NCBI GenBank assembly: GCA_041686025.1
Contig: JAWLEP010000009.1
Coordinates: forward strand, 17,971-44,208
DNA from: Candidatus Fermentibacteraceae bacterium
GTDB taxonomy: Bacteria; Fermentibacterota; Fermentibacteria; Fermentibacterales; JCC-6
Reading direction: 5' to 3'
Length of the DNA: 26,238 bases
Shown here one piece after another: positions 18,495 through 26,238 of the stretch. The position numbers and the translations under genes are program-made. Below the pieces are notes generated by a model. That model searched no databases. It saw nothing but the letters and a program-made list of their open reading frames with translations, and had not been told where the DNA came from. Every line of letters begins with the position of its first letter. The stretch's first letter is position 1.

Positions 18495-19700
18495 ATGAGA
18501 GAGGGCCTGATAGAGAGCCTGGCCGAGGAGACCGGGTCGAAGATACTGCTGGCCGTCATGGACGGCCTCGGCGACATAACGGTGCCCGGGCTGGAGGGCA
18601 TGACGCCCCTGGAGGCGGCGCGTACCCCCAACCTGGACCGGATGGCGGCGGAAGGGGCCCTGGGCCAGCACGTTCCCATCGCCCACGGCGTGACGCCGGG
18701 CAGCGGGCCCGCGCACCTGGCCCTGTTCGGCTACGACCCCGTCAGCAGCTGCGTGGGCAGGGGCGTCCTCTCCGCGCTGGGCATAGGCTTCGACCTGCAG
18801 CAGGGCGACCTGGCCGCCAGGATCAACTTCTGCACGCTGGACGATGACGGCTTGGTGTCCGACCGGCGGGCGGGCCGGATCTCCACGGAGAAGTGCCGGG
18901 AGCTGGTGGGTCTGCTGCAGGACATCGAGGTGGAGGGAGCGGAGGTGTTCGTAAGGCCGGTGAAGGAGCACCGGGCCTGCGTGGTCTTCCGGGGCCAGGG
19001 CCTGGACGACCGCCTGGACGACACCGACCCCGGTCTGGTGGGCAGACCGCCGCGTGACGTGGAGGCCGGAGCACCCGAGGCCGAAGACACCGCCTCGATT
19101 GTCAGGTCGTTCATAGAGAAGGCGGGGGAGATACTGTCCGGCCTGCAGCCGGCCAACTTCCTGCTCCTCCGGGGTTTCGCCGTTCACGAGCCCTTCCCCT
19201 CCTTCGAGGAGCGGTTCAGCCTCAGGGCGGGCGCCGCGGCGCTGTACCCCATGTACCGGGGTGTCTCCGCCCTGGCGGGAATGGACCTGCTGGAGTGCTC
19301 CACGCTGCAGGAGGAGGTTGAGGCGGCCCGGAAGGCGGCGTCAGAGGGCTATACCTTCGTGTTCCTGCACCACAAGCCCACCGACAGCTCCGGCGAGGAC
19401 GGCGACGCCGCGGCAAAGGTGGGCGCGGTGGAGGGCTTCGACGAGGTGGTGCCGGACATACTCCGGGCCGGCTTCGACGTGATCTGCGTAACCGGCGACC
19501 ACTCCACCCCCTGCCCCATGAAGCTCCACAGCTGGCATCCGGTGCCCCTGCTGGTGCACGGAGGCCCGCAGAGGACGGGCTTCAGCGACGCCTTCAGCGA
19601 GAGGCAGGCCATGGCCGGGGCCCTGGGCACCTTCCCCGCCGACGAGCTGATGGGCCTGCTGCTGGGCTCCGCCGGCAAGCTCCGCAAGTTCGGAGCCTGA
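18495..19700 (+). CDS. apgM: 2,3-BPG-independent phosphoglycerate mutase, archaeal-type (ApgM)
   Basis: Motifs DGLGD, TPLEAARTPNLD, PGSGPAHLALFGY, DRRAGRI, EHR, TGDHSTP and HSWHPVP. Confidence 0.9.
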   Translation: MREGLIESLAEETGSKILLAVMDGLGDITVPGLEGMTPLEAARTPNLDRMAAEGALGQHVPIAHGVTPGSGPAHLALFGYDPVSSCVGRGVLSALGIGFDLQQGDLAARINFCTLDDDGLVSDRRAGRISTEKCRELVGLLQDIEVEGAEVFVRPVKEHRACVVFRGQGLDDRLDDTDPGLVGRPPRDVEAGAPEAEDTASIVRSFIEKAGEILSGLQPANFLLLRGFAVHEPFPSFEERFSLRAGAAALYPMYRGVSALAGMDLLECSTLQEEVEAARKAASEGYTFVFLHHKPTDSSGEDGDAAAKVGAVEGFDEVVPDILRAGFDVICVTGDHSTPCPMKLHSWHPVPLLVHGGPQRTGFSDAFSERQAMAGALGTFPADELMGLLLGSAGKLRKFGA

Positions 19701-19708
19701 CCGGGGCA

Positions 19709-20701
19709 GTGGACCCGCGCGCGCTGGTGGCCGTATCCGGCGGCAGGGACTCCGCCCTGGCCATGGAGCTGATGGTGAGGGCCGGTTACCGGACCAGGGC
19801 CGCATGCGTGGACATGGGTGCCGGGATCCCCGAGGCGGCCCGGAGAGTGGCCAACCGCTTCGGCCGCCGGCTCATTGAGGTCGACGGCAGGGAGGCCTTC
19901 CGCCGGGAGGTGGCGGCGCCCGCCGCGGAGATGCTGGCCGAAGGCCTTACCCCCAACCCCTGCGCCATGTGCAACCGCGGGCCCAAGATGGGCCTGCTTC
20001 ACCGGATGCTGCTGCCGGGGGAGGTCCTGGTCACCGGCCACTACGCCTTCGCCGGCCCGGAGGGGCTGCGGCGGGGCGTCGACCGGTCCAAGGACCAGAG
20101 CTACTTCCTGGCCATGGTAGGGCGGCAGGTGCTGGACCGCTGCCTGATGCCCCTGGGCGGATGGACCAAGCAGCGGGTCACCCGGGAGGCTGAGCGGCTG
20201 GGGCTTCCCCACCACCGGCGGGAGAGCATGGACCTCTGCTTCGACCCGGCCGCCGGCCTGGAGAGGCCGCTGTGGGAGGTGGTGGACGAAAGCGGAGGGG
20301 TGCTGGCCGATGGGGTCGGGCCCCTGCTTCCCACCGTGGGCCAGCGGCTGCGGCTGCCCGGCAGACCGCGGCGGCTGTACTGCGTATCGGTGGACGCCGC
20401 CGCCCGGACACTGGTTGCCGGCGGGCGGGAGGATCTGCTGGCGGAAGGTTGCGTTCTGCGGGAGGTCAACGACCTGGGAATGCCCCGGTCCCCTACCTTC
20501 CGGGGGAGCATTCGGATAAGATACCGGAAAGCCCCCGCCCCCTGTCTGGTGCACAGACGGGACGGGGCTCTGGAAGCGGTCTTCGACGCCCCCCTCAGTG
20601 CCGTGGCTCCCGGCCAGACAGCGGCCGTGGGCGTGGGGGAGAGGGTGGTCGCCGGAGGCGTCATAGAGGGTTCTCTGAAGGGAGACGATATTGGACAGTG
20701 A
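19709..20701 (+). CDS. mnmA: tRNA 2-thiouridine(34) synthase MnmA-like (compact, divergent), 330 aa
   Basis: Motifs SGGRDS PP-loop, TPNPCAMCN, TGHYA, KDQSYFL, ESMDLCF, TVGQR, IRYR and AVAPGQ. Confidence 0.88.
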   Translation: MDPRALVAVSGGRDSALAMELMVRAGYRTRAACVDMGAGIPEAARRVANRFGRRLIEVDGREAFRREVAAPAAEMLAEGLTPNPCAMCNRGPKMGLLHRMLLPGEVLVTGHYAFAGPEGLRRGVDRSKDQSYFLAMVGRQVLDRCLMPLGGWTKQRVTREAERLGLPHHRRESMDLCFDPAAGLERPLWEVVDESGGVLADGVGPLLPTVGQRLRLPGRPRRLYCVSVDAAARTLVAGGREDLLAEGCVLREVNDLGMPRSPTFRGSIRIRYRKAPAPCLVHRRDGALEAVFDAPLSAVAPGQTAAVGVGERVVAGGVIEGSLKGDDIGQ

Positions 20702-21596
20702 GCGGATCCTGGCGCGGATAGGGGAGCTGCGGGAGAGCCGGAACGCCGTCATCCTGGCCCACAGCTACCAGCCGCCGGAGATACAGGACATGGCCGACTT
20801 CGTGGGTGACTCCCTGGGCCTCAGCAGAAAGGCGGCGGAGACCGACGCGGAGGTGGTGGTCTTCTGCGGGGTTCGCTTCATGGCCGAGACGGCCTCCATT
20901 CTCTCGCCTGCGAAGAGGATACTGCTTCCCGCCCCGAACGCCGGCTGCCCTCTGGCCGACAGCATGACGGCCGAGGACCTCCGCCTCATGCAGGCCCGGC
21001 ATCCCGACGCCAGGGCTGTTGTCTACGTCAACTCCAGCGTGGAGCTGAAGGCCGAGAGCTGGGCCTGCTGCACCTCCGCCAACGCCGTGGAGGTGGTGGA
21101 CTCGGCGCCCGGGGACAGCGTGATATTCGGACCCGACCGCAACCTGGGAATCTGGGTGGACGGTCATGTGGACAGGGAGGTCCACATCTTCGAGGGCGCC
21201 TGCCTGGCCCACGCCAATGCCGACCTCGACGACCTGCGCGGGAAGATGGAGCGATGGCCGGACGCCGAGGTCATGTCACATCCGGAGACCCCGCCGGCCA
21301 TGTGGGAGCTGTCCGACTTCATCGGCGGTACCGGAGACATGATCCGCAGGGTGCCGGAGTCGGGTGCGCAGCGGTTCATAGTGGGCACCGAGGAGGGAAT
21401 GGCCTACAGGCTCCGGACCCTCTACCCCGACCGGGAGTTCGTCCCCGGAGGCCGGATCTGGTGTGAGAACATGAAGAAGATATCCCCCGCGGACGTGCTG
21501 GCCAGCCTGGAGGACCTCGAGCCCGAGGTATCGGTGCCCCCCGGGATCCGGGAGAGGGCCCTGGAGGCGGTCCGCAGGATGACGGCCGCGGGCTAG
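20691..21596 (+). CDS. nadA: Quinolinate synthase [4Fe-4S]
   Basis: Motifs LAHSYQ, GDSLGLS, FCGVRFMAE, YVNSS, FGPDRNLG and HPE. Three cluster Cys (AGCPLA, GACLAH, WCENM). Confidence 0.96.
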   Translation: MDSERILARIGELRESRNAVILAHSYQPPEIQDMADFVGDSLGLSRKAAETDAEVVVFCGVRFMAETASILSPAKRILLPAPNAGCPLADSMTAEDLRLMQARHPDARAVVYVNSSVELKAESWACCTSANAVEVVDSAPGDSVIFGPDRNLGIWVDGHVDREVHIFEGACLAHANADLDDLRGKMERWPDAEVMSHPETPPAMWELSDFIGGTGDMIRRVPESGAQRFIVGTEEGMAYRLRTLYPDREFVPGGRIWCENMKKISPADVLASLEDLEPEVSVPPGIRERALEAVRRMTAAG

Positions 21597-21598
21597 CA

Positions 21599-22270
21599 GT
21601 GCCCGGGCTGGTGGGCCTTACCGCGGTCTGGGACGGAAAGGGCGGCTACTCCCTCTCCCGCCGGTACGCGGAGATGGTGGAGGCGGCCGGCGCCGAGCCG
21701 CTGGTGGTCCTGCCCGGAAGCGGGGACGGCCTTCTGGCGGCGCTGGACCTGCTGGTCCTCACCGGGGGCGGCGACCCGGACCCGGTGCTGTTCGGCCGCC
21801 CCGGGACCCGGGTGGGGCCGGTGGAGCTTGCGAGGCCCCGCTGGGAGATGGGCCTCTACCGCAGGTCGCGGGCCGCCGGCGTCCCTCTGCTGGGGATCTG
21901 CATGGGCATGCAGCTGATGGCCATCGCCGAGGGCTCGGGACTCATCCAGCACATACCCGACGGGGTGGAGGGGGCGCTGGATCACGCCGGTACCGGCTCC
22001 AGCCCCCGCAGGCATGCCCTGGAGGTGGTGGGCGCCGGAGGCCTTTCCCGGGCCATCGCCGGCCTGGAGAGCGTGGAGAGCTACCACCATCAGGCCATCG
22101 ACTCCGTTCCCCCGGGGTACGGGGAGTCCGCCCGGGCCCCCGACGGGGTAATCGAGGCCATCGAGTCGCTGGCGGGAAGTCCGGCGTGGGGAGTCCAGTG
22201 GCACCCGGAGCGGGACGGAAGCTGGCAGATGCTGCTGCCACCCCTGATGCGGAAGGGGAGGAAGGGATGA
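21599..22270 (+). CDS. Class I glutamine amidotransferase-like peptidase C26 (gamma-glutamyl-GABA hydrolase family)
   Basis: Motifs LVLTGGGD, nucleophile elbow GICMGMQ, SYHHQAI, DGVIEAIE and GVQWHPE. Confidence 0.88.
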   Translation: MPGLVGLTAVWDGKGGYSLSRRYAEMVEAAGAEPLVVLPGSGDGLLAALDLLVLTGGGDPDPVLFGRPGTRVGPVELARPRWEMGLYRRSRAAGVPLLGICMGMQLMAIAEGSGLIQHIPDGVEGALDHAGTGSSPRRHALEVVGAGGLSRAIAGLESVESYHHQAIDSVPPGYGESARAPDGVIEAIESLAGSPAWGVQWHPERDGSWQMLLPPLMRKGRKG

Positions 22271-23139
22271 TATACGAGGCTCTGCCCCGCCGGGTGGGCC
22301 GTATCTGGGGGGCTCTCGCAGACCCCGCCGGCCGCCCGGTGGGCGAGATCTACTGGGTCTACCACGATGACGGAGGCTCCGCCGGGCTGGTGGGCGCCGA
22401 CGGAAGCCGGACCTCGGTGGAGGAGCTGTGCTCCTCGGGGTCGCTCCCGGTGCGGAACGGGCGCTATCCCCTGCTGGTGAAGACGCTGCATCCGGCCAGG
22501 AAGCTTTCCGTACAGGTACATCCGGGCAGGGAAGGCGGACCCAGGAAGGACGAGACCTGGCTGGTCCTGGAGGCCGATCCGGGTGCCTGGATGATGGGCG
22601 GCCTGGCCCCCGGGGTCGACCGCCACGGCCTGGAGGCGGCCATTCGGCAGGGACGGGCGGAGGAGGCTCTGCAGAGGATGCCTCTGAAGGCCGGGGACAC
22701 GGTCCACCTTCCCGCCGGCTCGGTGCACAGCCTGGGCGGCGGCGTCGAGGTGCTGGAGATCCAGTCCAACACGGACATCACATACAGGCTGTACGACTAC
22801 AATCGCCTGGGCTCAGATGGCAGGCCACGCCCCCTTCACCTGGAGAAGGGCCTGCAGGCCGTGGACTACGCCCGCCGGGGGGCACCGGACACCAGGGGTG
22901 AATGGGAGCGTCTGGAAGACCTGGAGGCTCCCTACGCGCTCAGAAGGGTGCGGGAGGGGGCAGGGCTGGCGGCGGGGGAGACCCTCTTTCTCACAGACGG
23001 CCGGATGGAGCTGCCGGGAGGCAGGGGCCTGGAGGCCAGGTCCTGCGTTCTGGCCGCCGGCGACGGAGGCCGTGTCGAGCTGGAGGGCGAGGGAGTGATC
23101 GCCTCGCCCAGGACTGGTTTGGAGCAGGATTATGTCTGA
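22267..23139 (+). CDS. manA: Mannose-6-phosphate isomerase, type I (cupin), 290 aa
   Basis: ATGA overlap at 22267. Motifs RIWG, PLLVK, LSVQVHP, KDETW, AGSVHSLG and EIQSNTDITYRLYDY. Confidence 0.9.
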   Translation: MIYEALPRRVGRIWGALADPAGRPVGEIYWVYHDDGGSAGLVGADGSRTSVEELCSSGSLPVRNGRYPLLVKTLHPARKLSVQVHPGREGGPRKDETWLVLEADPGAWMMGGLAPGVDRHGLEAAIRQGRAEEALQRMPLKAGDTVHLPAGSVHSLGGGVEVLEIQSNTDITYRLYDYNRLGSDGRPRPLHLEKGLQAVDYARRGAPDTRGEWERLEDLEAPYALRRVREGAGLAAGETLFLTDGRMELPGGRGLEARSCVLAAGDGGRVELEGEGVIASPRTGLEQDYV

Positions 23140-24163
23140 CGATTCTCTATCCGTGGTCATCATGGCCGGAGGGCGGGGGACCCGCTTCTGGCCGGTCTCC
23201 ACCACCAGGCGGCCCAAGCAGTTCCTGGAGCTTCTGGGCGAGATGACCATGCTGCAGCTCACCGCGGAGCGGGCCAGGAGCCTCTGCGGGCCGGAGGACG
23301 TCTACGTGGTGGCCGGTGCCGATCATGCAGGCCTGGTGAGCTCCCAGCTTCCCTGGCTGCCGCGGGAGAACCTCCTCCTGGAGCCGGTGGGGCGCAACAC
23401 CGCCGCCTGCATCGCCTGGAGCTCCGCCGTCCTCAGCGGCAGAGGCAGGGGCGAGTCCGCGGCGCTGGTGATACCCTCCGACCACCGGGTGGAGGACGCG
23501 GAGGGGTTCGCGGCCACCGTGCGGGCGGCACTTCCGGCGGCCATGGACGGCTGGCTGACCACCATCGGCATTCCCCCGGACAGGCCGGCCACCGGTTACG
23601 GCTACCTCAGGAGGGGCCGGAGCATCATGAAGGGTGTCTGGCAGGTGGAGGTGTTTCGGGAGAAGCCCGACCTGCAGACCGCCAGGGAGTACCTGGAGAG
23701 CGGCGACTACCTCTGGAACGCGGGGATGTTCCTCTGGAGGGTGGACGCCATCCTGGAGAGCCTGCGGCGCCACCTCCCGGAGGTGGCCCGGGCCGCGGAG
23801 GGTCTGGCGTCGGAGACCGCTCCCTCCATGGAGGACTACGGGGGGATTCGCTCCATCTCCATCGACTACGGCGTTATGGAGCGGGCCCGCCGGGTGGCCA
23901 TGGTGGAGGCCGGGTTCGACTGGGACGACGTGGGAGACTGGATCGCCGCCCGCAGGGTGGGCGCCGGAAGGGGCCGGACCATGGAGGTGGAGAGCGGCGA
24001 CTGCACCGTCTGGAACCCCGGCAGGCTCACCGTGCTGCTGGGGGTGGAGTCCCTGTCGGTGGTGGAGACCGACCGGGCGACCCTTGTGATGTCGGACCGC
24101 TACGCGCAGAAGCTGAAGGAGGTGGTGGCCAGGCTGGAGCGCGATGAGCCCGACCTGGTGTGA
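23132..24163 (+). CDS. manC: Mannose-1-phosphate guanylyltransferase (monofunctional)
   Basis: Motifs MAGGRGTRFWPVS...PKQF, EPVGRNTA, PSDH, TGYGY, FREKP, WNAGMF, SIDYGVME and WDDVG. Confidence 0.93.
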   Translation: MSDDSLSVVIMAGGRGTRFWPVSTTRRPKQFLELLGEMTMLQLTAERARSLCGPEDVYVVAGADHAGLVSSQLPWLPRENLLLEPVGRNTAACIAWSSAVLSGRGRGESAALVIPSDHRVEDAEGFAATVRAALPAAMDGWLTTIGIPPDRPATGYGYLRRGRSIMKGVWQVEVFREKPDLQTAREYLESGDYLWNAGMFLWRVDAILESLRRHLPEVARAAEGLASETAPSMEDYGGIRSISIDYGVMERARRVAMVEAGFDWDDVGDWIAARRVGAGRGRTMEVESGDCTVWNPGRLTVLLGVESLSVVETDRATLVMSDRYAQKLKEVVARLERDEPDLV

Positions 24164-24167
24164 GCCT

Positions 24168-24614
24168 TCAGCGGATTCTGACGCAGGCCCCGTCGGGGAG
24201 CCAGCCGTAGAGCCACTCCGCCGTGGAGGGGCCCAGCCGGATGCAGCCGTGGGAGCCCGGTGTCCCCAGCTGCCTGTACTGCCGGGGCTGGCACTCGTGG
24301 AGCCCCAGCTGGCCCAGGTCGTCTATGCAGATCCAGTAGGGCATCCTGACCATGTAGCTGCTGGACATGGGCGCGGGGTAGCGGTAGCGGACGTGGAAGT
24401 CGCCCTTCGGGGTCTCGTGCCCCGGCCTTCCCGTGGACACCCTGGACATCTGCACCAGCCGGCGGCCGCTGAAGGCCGCCATCCTCTGCAGCCCGGTGTC
24501 GATCAGTATGCTGCGCTCCCCCTCTTCGCCGCGGGCGTCCGTGCGCAGGGGGGCCTGCGGCCCGGAAAGGGCCAGCGACAGCATCGCCGCTGCACAGCAG
24601 CTCACCAGGGTCAT
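24168..24614 (-). CDS. Small secreted L,D-transpeptidase (YkuD) domain protein, 148 aa
   Basis: ATG 24614 follows GGAGGA. Signal-like N-terminus; VSTGRPGHETPKGDF, MPYW and catalytic motif GLH...SHGCIRL. Confidence 0.88.
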   Translation of the reverse strand: MTLVSCCAAAMLSLALSGPQAPLRTDARGEEGERSILIDTGLQRMAAFSGRRLVQMSRVSTGRPGHETPKGDFHVRYRYPAPMSSSYMVRMPYWICIDDLGQLGLHECQPRQYRQLGTPGSHGCIRLGPSTAEWLYGWLPDGACVRIR

Positions 24615-24731
24615 CGGTTCCTCCAGGCTGCAGTTGACCTGCGGGGGGGGTTTGGGCAGATTTGCTTGAGTTGCCACCCCGTAGTCTCAAGGCTACCTAT
24701 ACTAATATAGACAAAGGAACGGAGGAGACAC

Positions 24732-26027
24732 TTGCACAAGAGAGCAGCAATCACGTCGGCCATCCTTCTGGCGGCCGCGGCCATGCTGGTGGCCTGCGCC
24801 AACCCGTCGGTCACCGGGATGAAGGTCCACATACAGAACGGCGAGTACGAGGAGGCCGTTCACCTTGCCGACAGCGTCATCGAGGCCGAATCCGCCACCG
24901 CCGAGATATGGATGTGGCGCGGCCAGGCCCTCTCCGTCCTCAACGACTGGACGGAGGCCGCCCGGAGCTACAGGATGGCCTACGAGATGGACCCCGCGTT
25001 CGCTCCGGACATCGCCAAGGAATGGTTCGTTTTCTACAACGCCGTCGGTGCCCTTTTCGCCGAGGACGATATGGACCAGGCCCTGGAGGTCATCGAGACC
25101 GGCCGGAGCATCGCTCCCGGCAGGCCGGAGTTCGAGCAGATGCTGGGCGACCTGGCCCTGCAGGAGGGGGACATGCAGGAGGCCCTGGACTACTTCCAGG
25201 ATTCATGGGAGCTGGCCCAGCCCCTGATGGAGGACTACCAGCAGCAGCTGGAGACCACCGAGGACCAGCGGCAGCGGGAGTACCTGGCCGACATGCTGGA
25301 CAACGCGGAGAGCAGTGCCGTCCTCTCCCTCTTCAACATCGGAGTGATACACAAGGCAATGGCCATGGAGGCGGAGGACGAGGCCACCGGCGAAGAGCAT
25401 CTGCAGTCGGCCCAGGAAGCTCTGGACACCGCCCTGGAGATGCAGCCGGGCAACTCCGACGTCCTCAACGCCCTGGCCGACATCATGATCCTCCGCGGCC
25501 GGTTCGACGAGGCCCTGGAGGTCTTCGACGAGGCCATAGCCACCATCGACCGGCAGGTTGCCGAAGGCGTGATCACCGAGGACGAGGGAGCGGCCCTGAA
25601 GGCCGAAATCAGGGTGAAGGAGGGCCTTACCCTGATCGAGATGGAGGAGTTCGACCAGGCCCTCGCCCAGCTGGAGGCAGTGCTGGAGGGCGAGTACGGC
25701 AGCGACTTCAGCATACTGGCCAGCGTGGCCCACGCCTACTTCCAGATGGAGCGCTACGAGGACGCCCTGGAGAAGCTGCAGGAGGCTGTGAGCATATCCG
25801 GCGTGACTCCGGATCAGCTGGCAGAGGGATACTTCATGCAGTACGCGGCCTACACCAGGATCGAAGAGGACGAGGCCGCCGCGCAGGCCCTGGAGGTTGC
25901 CCTCCAGTACGCTCCCGAGAACGCCCGGTACTGGGAGTACCTGGCCAGCACCTACAGCAGGCTGGGCCGGCGCGAAGACGCCATCGAGGCCATGGAGAAG
26001 GCCGAGCAGTACGGAGGCGGCGAGTAG
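24732..26027 (+). CDS. Acidic TPR-repeat lipoprotein, 431 aa
   Basis: TTG follows GGAGGAG. Lipobox LVA-C at residue 22. TPR-like helical repeats (e.g. GRFDEALEVFDEA, YWEYLASTYSRLGRREDA). Confidence 0.85.
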   Translation: MHKRAAITSAILLAAAAMLVACANPSVTGMKVHIQNGEYEEAVHLADSVIEAESATAEIWMWRGQALSVLNDWTEAARSYRMAYEMDPAFAPDIAKEWFVFYNAVGALFAEDDMDQALEVIETGRSIAPGRPEFEQMLGDLALQEGDMQEALDYFQDSWELAQPLMEDYQQQLETTEDQRQREYLADMLDNAESSAVLSLFNIGVIHKAMAMEAEDEATGEEHLQSAQEALDTALEMQPGNSDVLNALADIMILRGRFDEALEVFDEAIATIDRQVAEGVITEDEGAALKAEIRVKEGLTLIEMEEFDQALAQLEAVLEGEYGSDFSILASVAHAYFQMERYEDALEKLQEAVSISGVTPDQLAEGYFMQYAAYTRIEEDEAAAQALEVALQYAPENARYWEYLASTYSRLGRREDAIEAMEKAEQYGGGE

Positions 26028-26047
26028 CCCCTCCCAACGCAGGTGAG

Positions 26048-26068
26048 CGTAAGTGCCAGGCACTTACG
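26048..26068. repeat. REP-like perfect palindrome, copy 1
   Basis: CGTAAGTGCC-A-GGCACTTACG, with 10-bp arms. Confidence 0.7.
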
Positions 26069-26109
26069 TTTCACGGTGCCTGAGTAGGGAATAGACTGCC
26101 TGAAAAGAG

Positions 26110-26143
26110 AAGCGGCCCGGATCTCGTTGTCCGGGCCGCTTTT
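26110..26143 (+). terminator. Intrinsic terminator (possibly bidirectional) after the TPR gene
   Basis: 12-bp stem AAGCGGCCCGGA-N8-TCCGGGCCGCTT followed by TT; the 5' flank is A-rich. Confidence 0.85.
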
Positions 26144-26216
26144 GTGTGCCTGGGTTACGCTACGCCGGGAGGCCGGTGCCCCCCGGCAAATGCCCTACCC
26201 CGCAACCGTTCAATTC

Positions 26217-26231
26217 AAGTGCCTGGCACTT
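26217..26231. repeat. REP-like palindrome, copy 2 (inverted relative to copy 1)
   Basis: AAGTGCC-T-GGCACTT is the exact reverse complement of AAGTGCCAGGCACTT at 26051-26065. Confidence 0.7.
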
Positions 26232-26238
26232 TCATTGG

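Noticed and set aside
26048..26231. Possible CRISPR repeats
   Set aside because: There are only two 15-bp copies, about 150 bp apart and inverted, with no regular repeat-spacer periodicity.

Overview
This is a GC-rich bacterial chromosomal segment made mostly of housekeeping genes. The left arm (minus strand, 124-8233) holds two tandem paralogous secreted C25 (gingipain-like) cysteine peptidases with T9SS/FlgD-Ig-like C-terminal domains, a secreted DUF4097-like protein, and a PD-(D/E)XK nuclease-XPD/DinG Fe-S helicase fusion. The centre (plus strand, 8485-24163) is a tightly packed run of 19 co-oriented genes: dapL-like aminotransferase, folB, folK, deoxynucleoside kinase, panC, panD, truncated glmU-like, HIT hydrolase, LytR_C protein, rsfS, argS, PfkB kinase, purM, apgM, mnmA, nadA, C26 amidohydrolase, manA and manC. 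The right end has a small L,D-transpeptidase (minus), an acidic TPR lipoprotein (plus), a terminator, and REP-like palindromes. The C25/CTD proteins suggest an FCB-superphylum organism (inference). I see no CRISPR array, RNA gene, transposase, or clearly new multi-gene system. The most notable observations are a probable CTG start codon, a probably leaderless nuclease-helicase with a DEAA box, a GlmU lacking its acetyltransferase domain, several orphan pathway genes, and a structured REP/MITE-like element at the right edge.
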